The position numbers were made by a program, and so were the translations under genes. DNA of 24,357 nt from Polyangiales bacterium (GTDB lineage Bacteria > Myxococcota_A > Polyangia > Polyangiales > Polyangiaceae): NCBI GenBank assembly GCA_038230375.1, contig JBBRNJ010000110.1, positions 1 through 24,357 on the forward strand. The letters run 5' to 3'. Below are positions 9,362 through 18,231 of the stretch, piece by piece. How positions within the stretch are numbered: position 1 is the first letter of the stretch; each line of letters starts with the position of its first letter. Below the pieces are notes generated by a model, which saw nothing but the letters and a program-made list of their open reading frames with translations, did not search any database and was not told the origin of the DNA.

Positions 9362-9922
9362 ATGGCCACGTCGAACGCGCCCCGGCGTACAGAGCTCCGC
9401 AGTGCCCCCATCCTCGAGACCGAGCGCCTTCTGCTCCGTCCGCACGAAGCCAGCGACTTCGAGGCGGTCTTCACGATGTGGGCCGACCCGCTCGTCATGC
9501 GCCACATCCTGGGGCGCCCTTCCACGCGTGAGGAGAGCTGGTCGCGCGTCCTTCGCTACGCGGGGCACTGGTCGCTCCTTGGCTTCGGATTCTGGGCCAT
9601 GCAGGAGAAGGGCGGCGCGGAGTTCGTCGGAGAGGTCGGCGTTGCCGAGTTCCAGCGCCAGATCGAGCCGACGTTGGGTGGCGATCCCGAGGCAGGCTGG
9701 GTGCTGTCATCCGCCGCGCACGGCAGGGGCTACGCGACGGAGGCCATGCGCGCGGTGCTGGCGTGGTCCGACCGCGAGCTTCGATGTCGCACCGGATGCA
9801 TCATCGGGCCCGCGAACGTCGGATCGATCCGTGTCGCAGAGAAGCTGGGATTCTCCGAGTGGCAGCGCGCCACGTACCACGGCGATTCGCTGATCATGCT
9901 CCGCCGCGAGCGCGCCGTCTGA
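9362..9922 (+). CDS. GNAT family N-acetyltransferase (RimJ/RimL type)
   Basis: Motifs LETERLLLRP, HGRGYATEA and N..SIRVAEKLGF. Confidence 0.92.
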   Translation: MATSNAPRRTELRSAPILETERLLLRPHEASDFEAVFTMWADPLVMRHILGRPSTREESWSRVLRYAGHWSLLGFGFWAMQEKGGAEFVGEVGVAEFQRQIEPTLGGDPEAGWVLSSAAHGRGYATEAMRAVLAWSDRELRCRTGCIIGPANVGSIRVAEKLGFSEWQRATYHGDSLIMLRRERAV

Positions 9923-10493
9923 TCGCCACAAGCGCGGCCTTGGCTGCCGCCCGTGTCCCCGGTGCCGTCTTTCGAGAGTCGACGATGGCGGTGAGCGCAA
10001 GGATGTCATCCGTATTCCCCCACTTCTCGAGCGCCTCCGCGGCCGCGAACACCACAAGGCCGTCCCGATCGCGGAGCAGCGCCCCCAGCCGCGCGACCAC
10101 CCGTGGCTCCTCGTGCCGCAGCAACGCAGAGACCGCCTGCCACCGGATGGCGCCCGAGCGCGCGCGCAGGAGGTCCACCAAGAGGTCCATCGCGCCGGGA
10201 AGCGCAACGCCACTCAGCGCGGACACGAACGCGAAGCTCTCGAGCAGCGCTGCATGCTTCCGCGCGAACGTGATGAGAACGTCGGGGTGAGCGCGCGCAC
10301 AACTCTGCAGCGCGTGCTCCAGATCTTCCATGACCGCGCGCCCGTTCGCGTCTGGCGCGCCATAGGTCGTTCCCTTTGCGAGCGCGCGCAGCAGGCTCGC
10401 AACGCCCTTGTCCCCGTGCGCCAGCAGCGGTTCGATGGCCGTCTCTACCTGGCCAGTGCCCAGCGTGGAGAGCAGTGTGAGTACTTCCTTCAT
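9894..10493 (-). CDS. HEAT repeat-containing protein
   Basis: LVDLLRARSGAIRWQAVSAL and LGALLRDRDGLVVFAAAEAL are PBS-lyase HEAT-like repeats. The 3' end overlaps the GNAT gene by 29 bp. Confidence 0.75.
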   Translation of the reverse strand: MKEVLTLLSTLGTGQVETAIEPLLAHGDKGVASLLRALAKGTTYGAPDANGRAVMEDLEHALQSCARAHPDVLITFARKHAALLESFAFVSALSGVALPGAMDLLVDLLRARSGAIRWQAVSALLRHEEPRVVARLGALLRDRDGLVVFAAAEALEKWGNTDDILALTAIVDSRKTAPGTRAAAKAALVAIRRRARGGA

Positions 10494-10508
10494 GACGAGC
10501 GATCTTGC

Positions 10509-10886
10509 TCAGGGGCAGGTCGCGACGCGCACCGCGGAGGGGTCGCTCGAGGCGCAGGGGCTGTCGCGCGTGCACTGACAGCCGTGCGTGCCGTTACTCA
10601 CGGTGGCAACGCAGCACGCGTACTGGATGCAGGAGGTCTGGGTGTACTCGGCGGGGGCAGGGGAGTAGCAGTTGCACTGGGTGCCGTTGTCCGCGCAGCC
10701 CCAGACGAGCCCCGCGTCGACGGAGCTCACGGTTCCGCCCTCACCTGCGTCGGAGCTGCTGCTGCCGCCGCTGGACGTGCCACCCTCGGCGACGTCGAGG
10801 CAGCCGCCGTTGGCGGTGCCGAGCAGAGCGACGCCCGCGCCGAGAATGGCAACGGCGAGAACGGGGGAGATGAAGCGAGCGAACAT
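10509..10886 (-). CDS. Small Cys-rich secreted protein or lipoprotein
   Basis: Signal peptide then NGG-C, a Gly/Ser linker and a C-terminal domain with 10 Cys (C, CxC, C, CC, CxC, C, C). Confidence 0.75.
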   Translation of the reverse strand: MFARFISPVLAVAILGAGVALLGTANGGCLDVAEGGTSSGGSSSSDAGEGGTVSSVDAGLVWGCADNGTQCNCYSPAPAEYTQTSCIQYACCVATVSNGTHGCQCTRDSPCASSDPSAVRVATCP

Positions 10887-10902
10887 GACGTTGGAAGTAC
10901 CA

Positions 10903-10989
10903 CGACATCGACGTGAACGACGACCTCGACCTCGACCTCGACCTCGACCTCGACCTCGACCTCGACCTTCACCTCAACCCCGACCTCGG
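10903..10989. repeat. Intergenic hexamer repeat (CGACCT)8 with degenerate flanks
   Basis: Eight perfect CGACCT units at 10921-10968. Confidence 0.95.
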
Positions 10990-11002
10990 CCGGATCCTTC
11001 CT

Positions 11003-13057
11003 TCAGCGCCGCGCGCTTCGCTCCTCGATGATGTGCCACTCCGGCGAGCCTTGCTCTCGCGCGAGCAGGAGGACCGTGTCGGCCCTCGATACCGTGCCGC
11101 GGAGCGTGCCCATCACATGAGCTCTTGCGACGACGCGGTTCGGGTCCGAGGTGGGCGTGAGCGTGAAGCCAGTCTCGGCGTTCCGCTCGCCGAGGTTGTT
11201 CTGGTGCTGCTTCGCGTCGATGTGCTCCGACCGTTCGCGCGACGTTCCATCGACGATCACCCTGGATTCGAAGATGTCGTCCGTCCCATTCCAACCGACG
11301 AAGCTTGCGTCCAGCCAGCGCTTCACGACCTTCTCGGACCGCGTCGCTGCGAACTCCACCTTGTTGATCTCGGACTCTGCGATCTCGCCCTCGATGGAGG
11401 AGTTGCGGATGTACTCGAACGGCGTGATCGCGTCCTTGCGCGCGACGTCTCCCAGGACTGCGTCGAGCCTGGGTGAGGCCTCCTCCAGAGCGGCCAGCGC
11501 GCGGGTCGTCGCGAGCTCGTGACCGCGGACACCGGAACGCGCGGTGTGGGAACGCAGCGCGTCGCGCTCGTCCAGGAGCAGCGCTGCGATGCCGCGGCGA
11601 ATGCGCTCGTCGTCGTGGTCGAGCATCGGGAGCATGGCAGCGGCGCTCTCGGGCTCCCGGACCTCCTCCTCGATGTTCACGAGCGCCTGGTAGTCGTGCG
11701 CCATGACGTGACGCACGTTGATGGGCGCAGAGATGAGGTGCGCAGGCAGGAGCGAGAAGCCAAGGAGCCCGAGCACCACCGCGTCAAGCTGTCGCCGCAC
11801 GAGCCACGAGAGTGAGCGCCCGCGCAGGAGCTTCACGGCGACCTGCATTAGCCCCACGACCACCAGCGTCGTACCGACGATGCCCAGGATGCGCAGGCTC
11901 GAGAGGCCGCTCGTGGTGATGTGGATCCAGAGCCGTCGATACGTTCCGAGCGCCAGCACCACGCCTTGGCCGAGCCACACGAACGCGAGCGTGCGGAGCA
12001 TCTTCGCGCGCGCGTCATGCGCCAGCGCTCCGCGGAACATGACACCGACGACGATGGTGAGCGCCGCGATGGCGACGGTCAACCACGCTGCGCCCTCGTG
12101 TGCGTAGGCGCGCTCCGTCACGCCGGGCGGCGCCGAGCCCGCCCAGAGATACTTCGCGTCCAGCGCGTTGTAGGCCAAAAATAGCACGTTCAGCGCGTAC
12201 AGCGCGTTGCGCGCAATGCTGAGGGAAGCGCGCGCGGCGACGCCAGTGGTGTCGGCGGCCTCCGTTGCCTTCGAGCGCCACACCGCGGGCCGGAGCAGCA
12301 GTACCGCGCCTGGCAGCAGCGCGACCCACGAGAAGATCCGGATGCCAGCAGGAACCGCGACCGAACCCGTGGCCGCCATGAGCCATCGACCCACGAGCGG
12401 ATTTGCGAGCCCGAAGATCAGGGTGAACGCGGAGACGAGCGCGACCGGGATGAGGAACGGCGCAAGGCTGCGGCTCTCCTTGCCCGCGCGTCCGCCCACG
12501 AGCGTCGTACGAAGGCCGCGCACAGCCGCGACGAAGCGCATGGGGATCGTGGCGAACGTTGCTCCGAACGAGGCCACGACGTCCGTCAGAAATGCGGCGC
12601 GACTGCGCAGCGTGATCGCCAGCGCAAAGATGCCCGCCACGCCGAGCCCGACAGAGCCCGGTGTGGGCTCGTACGCGCATCGCGCGGCCACGGCAAGCAG
12701 GAGCAGCAGCGTCGCGAAGAGTCGGAGCGTGAGTCGGCGCGCACGCGCGGCAAGGACCACCAGCGCTGGCACCGCCACGAAGAAGATCGCCATGCCCGTC
12801 CCGCCGAGCCCGAGATCACCGCCGCGCCAGAGCGCGATGTCCGCGGCGGCCACCAGGGCGAGCGCGCCGAGCAACTCGCGCGGGCGCGCAGGCATCGTTC
12901 CCGGAACGTGCTGTGGCCTCTCGATGCGAAAGTCGGGCACCGGGCGATACGGGTGGTACGTCGACTGTCCCGGGTACACGCCGATGCCAGGCAGCATGTC
13001 CGGCGGGTGCTGCGGTTCGACGAGCTGCGGGGGCTCAACATCTGAAACGTTCTGCAT
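11003..13057 (-). CDS. DUF4153/DUF4173-like polytopic membrane protein with C-terminal soluble extension
   Basis: Many TM segments with family-like motifs FTLIFGLANP, YAHEGAAWL and RRLWIHITTSGLSSLRI. Start uncertain (13057, 13096 or 13111). Confidence 0.75.
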   Translation of the reverse strand: MQNVSDVEPPQLVEPQHPPDMLPGIGVYPGQSTYHPYRPVPDFRIERPQHVPGTMPARPRELLGALALVAAADIALWRGGDLGLGGTGMAIFFVAVPALVVLAARARRLTLRLFATLLLLLAVAARCAYEPTPGSVGLGVAGIFALAITLRSRAAFLTDVVASFGATFATIPMRFVAAVRGLRTTLVGGRAGKESRSLAPFLIPVALVSAFTLIFGLANPLVGRWLMAATGSVAVPAGIRIFSWVALLPGAVLLLRPAVWRSKATEAADTTGVAARASLSIARNALYALNVLFLAYNALDAKYLWAGSAPPGVTERAYAHEGAAWLTVAIAALTIVVGVMFRGALAHDARAKMLRTLAFVWLGQGVVLALGTYRRLWIHITTSGLSSLRILGIVGTTLVVVGLMQVAVKLLRGRSLSWLVRRQLDAVVLGLLGFSLLPAHLISAPINVRHVMAHDYQALVNIEEEVREPESAAAMLPMLDHDDERIRRGIAALLLDERDALRSHTARSGVRGHELATTRALAALEEASPRLDAVLGDVARKDAITPFEYIRNSSIEGEIAESEINKVEFAATRSEKVVKRWLDASFVGWNGTDDIFESRVIVDGTSRERSEHIDAKQHQNNLGERNAETGFTLTPTSDPNRVVARAHVMGTLRGTVSRADTVLLLAREQGSPEWHIIEERSARR

Positions 13058-13106
13058 GAACCACCCTACGGTGGCGGCGCGACAAGTCACGCTCATGACG
13101 GCACGA

Positions 13107-13165
13107 TTCACCGTAATTTCTCGGTGAACTCTCGCTTCTTCGCGCGCCGTTCACACCGCGTTCAC
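13107..13165. promoter_or_regulatory. Putative OmpR/CreB-type operator sites upstream of the DUF4153-like gene
   Basis: TTCAC-N6-TTCAC at 13150-13165, inverted repeat TTCACCG-N8-CGGTGAA at 13107-13128, and TTCAC-N6-TTCTC at 13107-13122. Confidence 0.4.
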
Positions 13166-14664
13166 ACGCGGTTCTCGGCGGCTCTCGGCAGCGTGAACGA
13201 GAAGTGGGCGCCCGCGTCGTTGCTGGAGGTCGCCTTGACGTGACCGCCATGGGCCTCCACGACGGCCTTCACCATCGCCAGCCCAAGGCCAGTGCCTTTC
13301 TGCTGCACGCGCGTGGTGAAGAATCGGTCGAAGACGTGTGGCAACGCCTGCGGATCGATCCCGGGTCCCGTGTCCGTTACGTCGACAGTGACAAGGGTCT
13401 TCGTGGCGGTGAGCGCGACGTTCACCTCGCCGCCCTTCTCCTCGCAGAACGACGCGCCATTGACCACGAGCTCGCGCAGGACCGACTCGAGTCGCGCGGA
13501 CACGCCCGAGACCAGCGGTGCGTCTTCGCCATCCGCCGGCACGACGACGATCTTCACGTTGGCGAAGCGCACGTCGTGCTGCACGCTCTCGCTCACGGCC
13601 GTTGCCAGCGTGCGAAGGTCGACCGCGCTCCGCTCTTCACCAGGCATGCCGGCCTCTGCCCGCGAGAGGTCGAGCAGCCCCGTGACCAGCCGGTCGAGCT
13701 TCACGGCGCTCTCCTGCACGATGCGCGCGATGCGCTGCTGCTTCTCCGGGGGCTGCGCGCCAGACGCGAGCGATTCGGCTGCAGCCTTGATCGCGGCGAC
13801 GGGGTTCTTCACCTCGTGAACCGCGTCCGCCATGAAGGCGCTGGTCGCCTTGCGACGCTCGTCGAGCGCGCGGAGCAAGAGGTTCACGGAATGACCGACC
13901 TCGCCGATTTCGTCCGGGCCCTCGGGCAGATCAGCCACGGCGTGCGCCGCCGTCGCTTTTTCGAGCGTTGCATCGCGCAGCGCCGACAGCGGCTTGTGGA
14001 GCCGGCGCGACAGGAAGTAAGCGAACATGAACGACAGCGGTACCGTGATCACGAGCAGGCGCAGGAGGCGTTGTCGCAGCGCGTACACCGGGCCGACCGC
14101 ACGCAGGGAGCTCTTCTGCACGTGCACGACGAACTTGCGCTCGTGGCGCGCTTCGTTGCCACCAATGGTCGGCACGTCCACGGTGCGCGTCCCCTGGCAG
14201 AAGACGAATGCGTCCATGTCGCAGTCGATGAAGACGCCACGCGACTTGCCGACCAGGAACTCCTGCCGCGCCTCGGGCGGACCACGCCAGTGCTCGGCCT
14301 CGCGCACCTCTGCCGGCGTCGCGGTCGCCACCAGGAAGCGCTCGAGGGGACGAAGCGGATCGGCCGGCTCTTCGTCGTGGTCGACGTCCTGGAGCAGTTG
14401 ATCGTCGGCCGAGTAGAGCCGAACCCGCACGCGGTGCTCGATCGCCACGCGTACCAGATCATCGTGAGCGTTCACGCCCGCGGCTGCGTCGTGCGCCGCG
14501 CTGGTCGCCGCGTCGGTGGCGCGGAGCATGCGACCGAACACCGGCCGCTCGAGAAGGCTGAACGCGAACACCAGTGCCTGGGGTGCGATCCCCGTGATGA
14601 ACAGCGCGACCAGAAGTCTCGCGCGCAGGGTGTAGCCACCGCGCGTGAAGATCAGGCGCGCCAC
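13162..14664 (-). CDS. Sensor histidine kinase (2 TM, HAMP, HisKA, HATPase)
   Basis: H-box DAVHEVKNP, N-box ELVVNG, DTGPGI, FDRFFTT and GTGLGL. Confidence 0.93.
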   Translation of the reverse strand: MARLIFTRGGYTLRARLLVALFITGIAPQALVFAFSLLERPVFGRMLRATDAATSAAHDAAAGVNAHDDLVRVAIEHRVRVRLYSADDQLLQDVDHDEEPADPLRPLERFLVATATPAEVREAEHWRGPPEARQEFLVGKSRGVFIDCDMDAFVFCQGTRTVDVPTIGGNEARHERKFVVHVQKSSLRAVGPVYALRQRLLRLLVITVPLSFMFAYFLSRRLHKPLSALRDATLEKATAAHAVADLPEGPDEIGEVGHSVNLLLRALDERRKATSAFMADAVHEVKNPVAAIKAAAESLASGAQPPEKQQRIARIVQESAVKLDRLVTGLLDLSRAEAGMPGEERSAVDLRTLATAVSESVQHDVRFANVKIVVVPADGEDAPLVSGVSARLESVLRELVVNGASFCEEKGGEVNVALTATKTLVTVDVTDTGPGIDPQALPHVFDRFFTTRVQQKGTGLGLAMVKAVVEAHGGHVKATSSNDAGAHFSFTLPRAAENRV

Positions 14665-15341
14665 TTGTAGCCAGCTCCAACGACGGTCTCGATGCGATCG
14701 AACGCCGGGTCCTTCTCCTCGAGCTTGCGCCGCAGTCGCTTCACGTACGTGTCGATCAGCCGCTCGCCCACCACGGACTCGTCGCCACGCACGATGTCCA
14801 GGAGGCGCTCGCGCGCGAGCACGGAGCCAACGTTTCGCGCGAACGCCTCCAGCACACGAAACTCCGTCACGGTGAGCGAGAGCTCGGCGCCGCGAAACGT
14901 CGCGCGGAGGCGATCGACGTCGAGCGCCAGATCGCCAGCGGACACCTCCGCGCTCTTGCGCTCGGTGCCAGCGCGCATGCGATCACGGCGGAGCAGCGCC
15001 TCCACCCGCGCGATGAGGATGCGATTGGAAAATGGCTTGGTGAGGTAGTCATCCGCGCCGAGCTCCAGCCCGAGGGCCTCGTCGACCTCGTTGTCGCGAG
15101 CGGTGAGCAGCAGCACGGGGACCTTCAGCTCCGCCTGCCGCAGGCGACGACAGAGCGCGAACCCATCCAGATGCGGCATGTTCACGTCCGACACGACCAG
15201 GTCGAAGGGCTTGTTTTTCAGCATCTCCAGCGCCAGGCGCCCATCCAGCGCGCGCTCGGTCCCATGCCCGGCATCGTCGAACGCAAGCTCGAGTGCGTCG
15301 AGCACCGACGGTTCGTCATCCACGAGCAGAAGCTTCGCCAT
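14652..15341 (-). CDS. OmpR/PhoB-family response regulator
   Basis: MAKLLLVDDE, SDVNMP, LLLTAR, GADDYLTKPF and a winged helix LTVTEF...IDTYVKRLRRKL...IETVVGAGY. True start 15341 lies within the longer ORF 14652..16487. Confidence 0.95.
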   Translation of the reverse strand: MAKLLLVDDEPSVLDALELAFDDAGHGTERALDGRLALEMLKNKPFDLVVSDVNMPHLDGFALCRRLRQAELKVPVLLLTARDNEVDEALGLELGADDYLTKPFSNRILIARVEALLRRDRMRAGTERKSAEVSAGDLALDVDRLRATFRGAELSLTVTEFRVLEAFARNVGSVLARERLLDIVRGDESVVGERLIDTYVKRLRRKLEEKDPAFDRIETVVGAGYKWRA

Positions 15342-15346
15342 CGGCC

Positions 15347-17095
15347 TTATGCCTTTGGTCTTCCACGTAGCGACGAGATCACGAACAAGAAGGCGAACAG
15401 TGCTCCCACTCCCAGCAGCGTGTTCGTTGCTCTTGGCATGTGCTTCTCGTACAGGCTCATGGCGAAGAAGCCGCACGCGATGGTGATCGCTACGTAGATG
15501 ACCTGGCGGCCGATCGCGTAGAGCGTGCGCGTGCTCTCCTCGACACCGCGGACCTTCACTTCCATCTCGCCGCGGACCGCGCGCGTGAGGAACTTCTTGA
15601 GGTCCTCGGGCAGGGTCACGGCAGAGAGCGCCATGTCCTTCACGGCCTCCATCGCGATCTGGCTGTAGTCGCGGTTGCCGAGCACGAACTCCTGCAAATA
15701 TGGCCGGATGATGCTCATCGGGTTCAGCTCTTGGTCGAGCAGCGAGCAGCAGCCGTAGACGAGGAGGATGGTGCGCTCCAGCACGACCCAGTCGCGCGGC
15801 ACATGGAAGACGGCGGAGAGCTCCTTCAGGCCCACGTTCATCTTCCGCAGGTCGAGCAGGTTCTCGAGCCCCTTCTGCGGGTCGATCTTGATGTCCTTCA
15901 GGTTGAGGCTCTCGATCTTCACCTCTTCCTGGAAGCGGCTGTGGAAGTACTCCACGACCTTCTCGCTCACGGCCAGGTCGCTGGTCTTCGAGAGGAAGCC
16001 CATGGTGCGCAGCGCCTTGATCAGCTTGTCGGTGTCGCGGCGGATGACGCCTTCGAGGAACTCGGGGATGCCCTCGCGCATCGTTGACGACAGCTCCGCG
16101 ACCGCGCCGAAGTCGAGCAGGATCAGGTTGCCCTCCGCATCCACCAGGATGTTCCCGGGGTGCGGATCTGCGTGATAAACGCCGTCGATGAAGATCATCT
16201 GACAGAAGATCTGCACCAGCTTCTTTGCGACGGCCTTCTTGTCGATGCCCGCGGCATCCAGCGCCGCCACGTCGGAGAGCTTCCAGCCCGTGACGAACGT
16301 GGTGGTGAGCACGCGCTTCGTGGAGTGGCTGCGGATGGGGGTGGGGAAGCGGACCGCGGGATCCTTCTCGAAGTTCTTCGAGATGGTCTCGATGTTGTTG
16401 GCCTCCAGGTTGAAGTCCAGCTCCTGCCCGAGCAGCTCCTTGATCTGGTGGTAGTACGCGTCCAGCCCTTGCACCGGGACGAACCACTCGACGATCTGCA
16501 TGATGCGGCGGATGGTCTTGAGATCCAGCTTCACGATCTCGTCGATGTCCTTGTGCTGCACCTTCACCGCGACGCGTCTGCCGTCCTTCAGCCGCGCCTC
16601 GTGCACCTGGCCAAGCGACGCGGATGCGAGCGGCGCCTCATCCAGGCTGTCGAACAGCTCGGTGAGCGGCTTGCCCAGGTCGGCTTCGATGCGTGACTTG
16701 ATCTCGTGGTACGGGCGCGGCGGCACCTGATCTTGCAGGCCCTCGAGCTCGTGGCGGAACTCCTCCGGCAGGAAGTTCGCCAGGATCGAAAGCAGCTGTC
16801 CGACCTTGATGAAGAGGCCCTGCAGCGCAAGGATCGTCTGGTACACGCGCCGCGCGTTGCGCTGGTGCACCTGGCCGATGGTGCGCTCGCGGTAGCCCTT
16901 GCCGATCCACTTCGCTTTGAACTGGAAGTAGAAGTAGCTGAAGATGACCTGGAACGTCGTGTAGTACGCGCGGAAGAAGCGGTACTTGTTCACGCCGCTC
17001 GCGCGGTACTCGGGCGTGCCTGGGGGCCTCACGGAGCGTGGTCGCGTGGAGGCGAGCGCCATGGACTCGTCCTTCGGGGGCGTGGCCGCGCTCAT
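15347..17095 (-). CDS. ABC1/AarF/UbiB family atypical kinase
   Basis: Motifs FIKVGQLLS, LQDQVPP, ASASLGQVH, VAVKVQ, ELDF..EA, HADPHPGN and LLDFG, plus two C-terminal TM segments. Confidence 0.95.
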   Translation of the reverse strand: MSAATPPKDESMALASTRPRSVRPPGTPEYRASGVNKYRFFRAYYTTFQVIFSYFYFQFKAKWIGKGYRERTIGQVHQRNARRVYQTILALQGLFIKVGQLLSILANFLPEEFRHELEGLQDQVPPRPYHEIKSRIEADLGKPLTELFDSLDEAPLASASLGQVHEARLKDGRRVAVKVQHKDIDEIVKLDLKTIRRIMQIVEWFVPVQGLDAYYHQIKELLGQELDFNLEANNIETISKNFEKDPAVRFPTPIRSHSTKRVLTTTFVTGWKLSDVAALDAAGIDKKAVAKKLVQIFCQMIFIDGVYHADPHPGNILVDAEGNLILLDFGAVAELSSTMREGIPEFLEGVIRRDTDKLIKALRTMGFLSKTSDLAVSEKVVEYFHSRFQEEVKIESLNLKDIKIDPQKGLENLLDLRKMNVGLKELSAVFHVPRDWVVLERTILLVYGCCSLLDQELNPMSIIRPYLQEFVLGNRDYSQIAMEAVKDMALSAVTLPEDLKKFLTRAVRGEMEVKVRGVEESTRTLYAIGRQVIYVAITIACGFFAMSLYEKHMPRATNTLLGVGALFAFLFVISSLRGRPKA

Positions 17096-17106
17096 GGCAG
17101 AGAAGG

Positions 17107-18159
17107 TTACACGGATGCGCGGGCAAGCGCGAACAAGGCGTCGTGGGCGATCGGCCGCAGCTCCCTGAGCTTTGCGTTGTTGCGTGTAGGATGCACGCGA
17201 TTGGACAGGAGCACGACCACCGCCTCTGCCTCCGGATCGATCCACAGACTGGTTCCCGTGAAGCCCAGGTGACCGTAGGTGCGGGGGGAGGCCAGGGTGC
17301 CTGCGGAGGATCCGCTCGCGCTCTTGCCGTCGAAGCCTGCCCGCAGGGTGCCGCCCGGGCGTTCCCGCAGGAGCCACGCGAGCTCGTGTTCCCGGTCGAG
17401 CACGTCCTCGGCAAAGCGGAGCACCGATCGGAGCGTGCCGAACATACCCGCATGGCCGGAGCCGCCGCTCCCGGTGAGCGCCCACGCATTCTCATCGTGG
17501 ACGATCCCGCGCACGACGCCACCGCGGAACTCAACGTCCTCCGTCGGGGCCGCGCGCGCCTCGAGCGGGATGCCCCGTGCGCCAAGCTCACGCGCGGTGC
17601 CGAGCTCCTGCGAGAGCCCGAGCTTCTCCACGACGAGCTCGTCGATCGCCGCGCCAGCATCGGCGACGCCTCGCGCACGCGCAAGCATCTCTCCCACCAG
17701 CGCAAAGCCAAGATCGCTGTAGACCGGCGCGAAGCCCTCTTCCGGCGGCGCACCGCGTGCGTCCGCCCGTCGGCTGTTTGCGGCGGTCCGCAGCGCGTCC
17801 ACGCGATCGAACGGCTGCCCCATGGCGAGCGGCAGGTAGAGCGCCACGTGCCCTTCGAGACCAGCGCGGTGCGCAAGCAACAACTCGAGAGTCGCACCCT
17901 CCGACGGTGTCCCCTTGGCAAGCGGCAACAGGTCACCGAGCGGTGTGCGCCTCGGAATGCCCGTGCGAACGAACGCCACCGCGGTCATCGGCTTGGTCAG
18001 GCTCGCCAGGTCGAAGAACGTGTCGACCGCTCCGCCGAGTCCTTCGCACCACGATCCATCCTTGCGTCGGCGCGCCCACCCGGCCGCACAAGTGGGAGCG
18101 CCACCTTCTGCGACGACCCAGTCAGCGACGTCGGCCGCGTTCGTTAACTGCTTCGTCAT
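17107..18159 (-). CDS. Serine hydrolase, beta-lactamase/AmpC-like family
   Basis: Motifs FDLASLTK (SxxK), LLAHRAGL, YSDLGF, VHDENA..GHAGMF and GHLGFTGTSLWIDP. Confidence 0.92.
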   Translation of the reverse strand: MTKQLTNAADVADWVVAEGGAPTCAAGWARRRKDGSWCEGLGGAVDTFFDLASLTKPMTAVAFVRTGIPRRTPLGDLLPLAKGTPSEGATLELLLAHRAGLEGHVALYLPLAMGQPFDRVDALRTAANSRRADARGAPPEEGFAPVYSDLGFALVGEMLARARGVADAGAAIDELVVEKLGLSQELGTARELGARGIPLEARAAPTEDVEFRGGVVRGIVHDENAWALTGSGGSGHAGMFGTLRSVLRFAEDVLDREHELAWLLRERPGGTLRAGFDGKSASGSSAGTLASPRTYGHLGFTGTSLWIDPEAEAVVVLLSNRVHPTRNNAKLRELRPIAHDALFALARASV

Positions 18160-18231
18160 GCGTGCTCATTTGCTCTCGAACCTTTGACGAAGAAAACAAT
18201 AGCAGCCTAGTCTTACGTGAACGGGGCAACC

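Noticed and set aside
9894..9922. 29-bp convergent overlap of GNAT and HEAT genes as a toxin-antitoxin or antisense pair
   Set aside because: Short tail-to-tail overlaps are common in GC-rich genomes, and the GNAT is RimJ/RimL type with no antitoxin-like partner.
13204..14670. Long antisense ORFs opposite the sensor kinase, pilC (18274-19473) and pilS (19794-21185)
   Set aside because: Mirror frames of well-supported genes, with no independent coding evidence.
15342..16487. Apparent long N-terminal extension of the response regulator (611-aa ORF)
   Set aside because: Alternative frame overlapping the ABC1 kinase gene; the receiver domain starts at 15341.
17096..17485. N-terminal extension of the ABC1 kinase ORF
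   Set aside because: Overlaps the serine hydrolase gene; ATG 17095 follows its stop by 11 bp.
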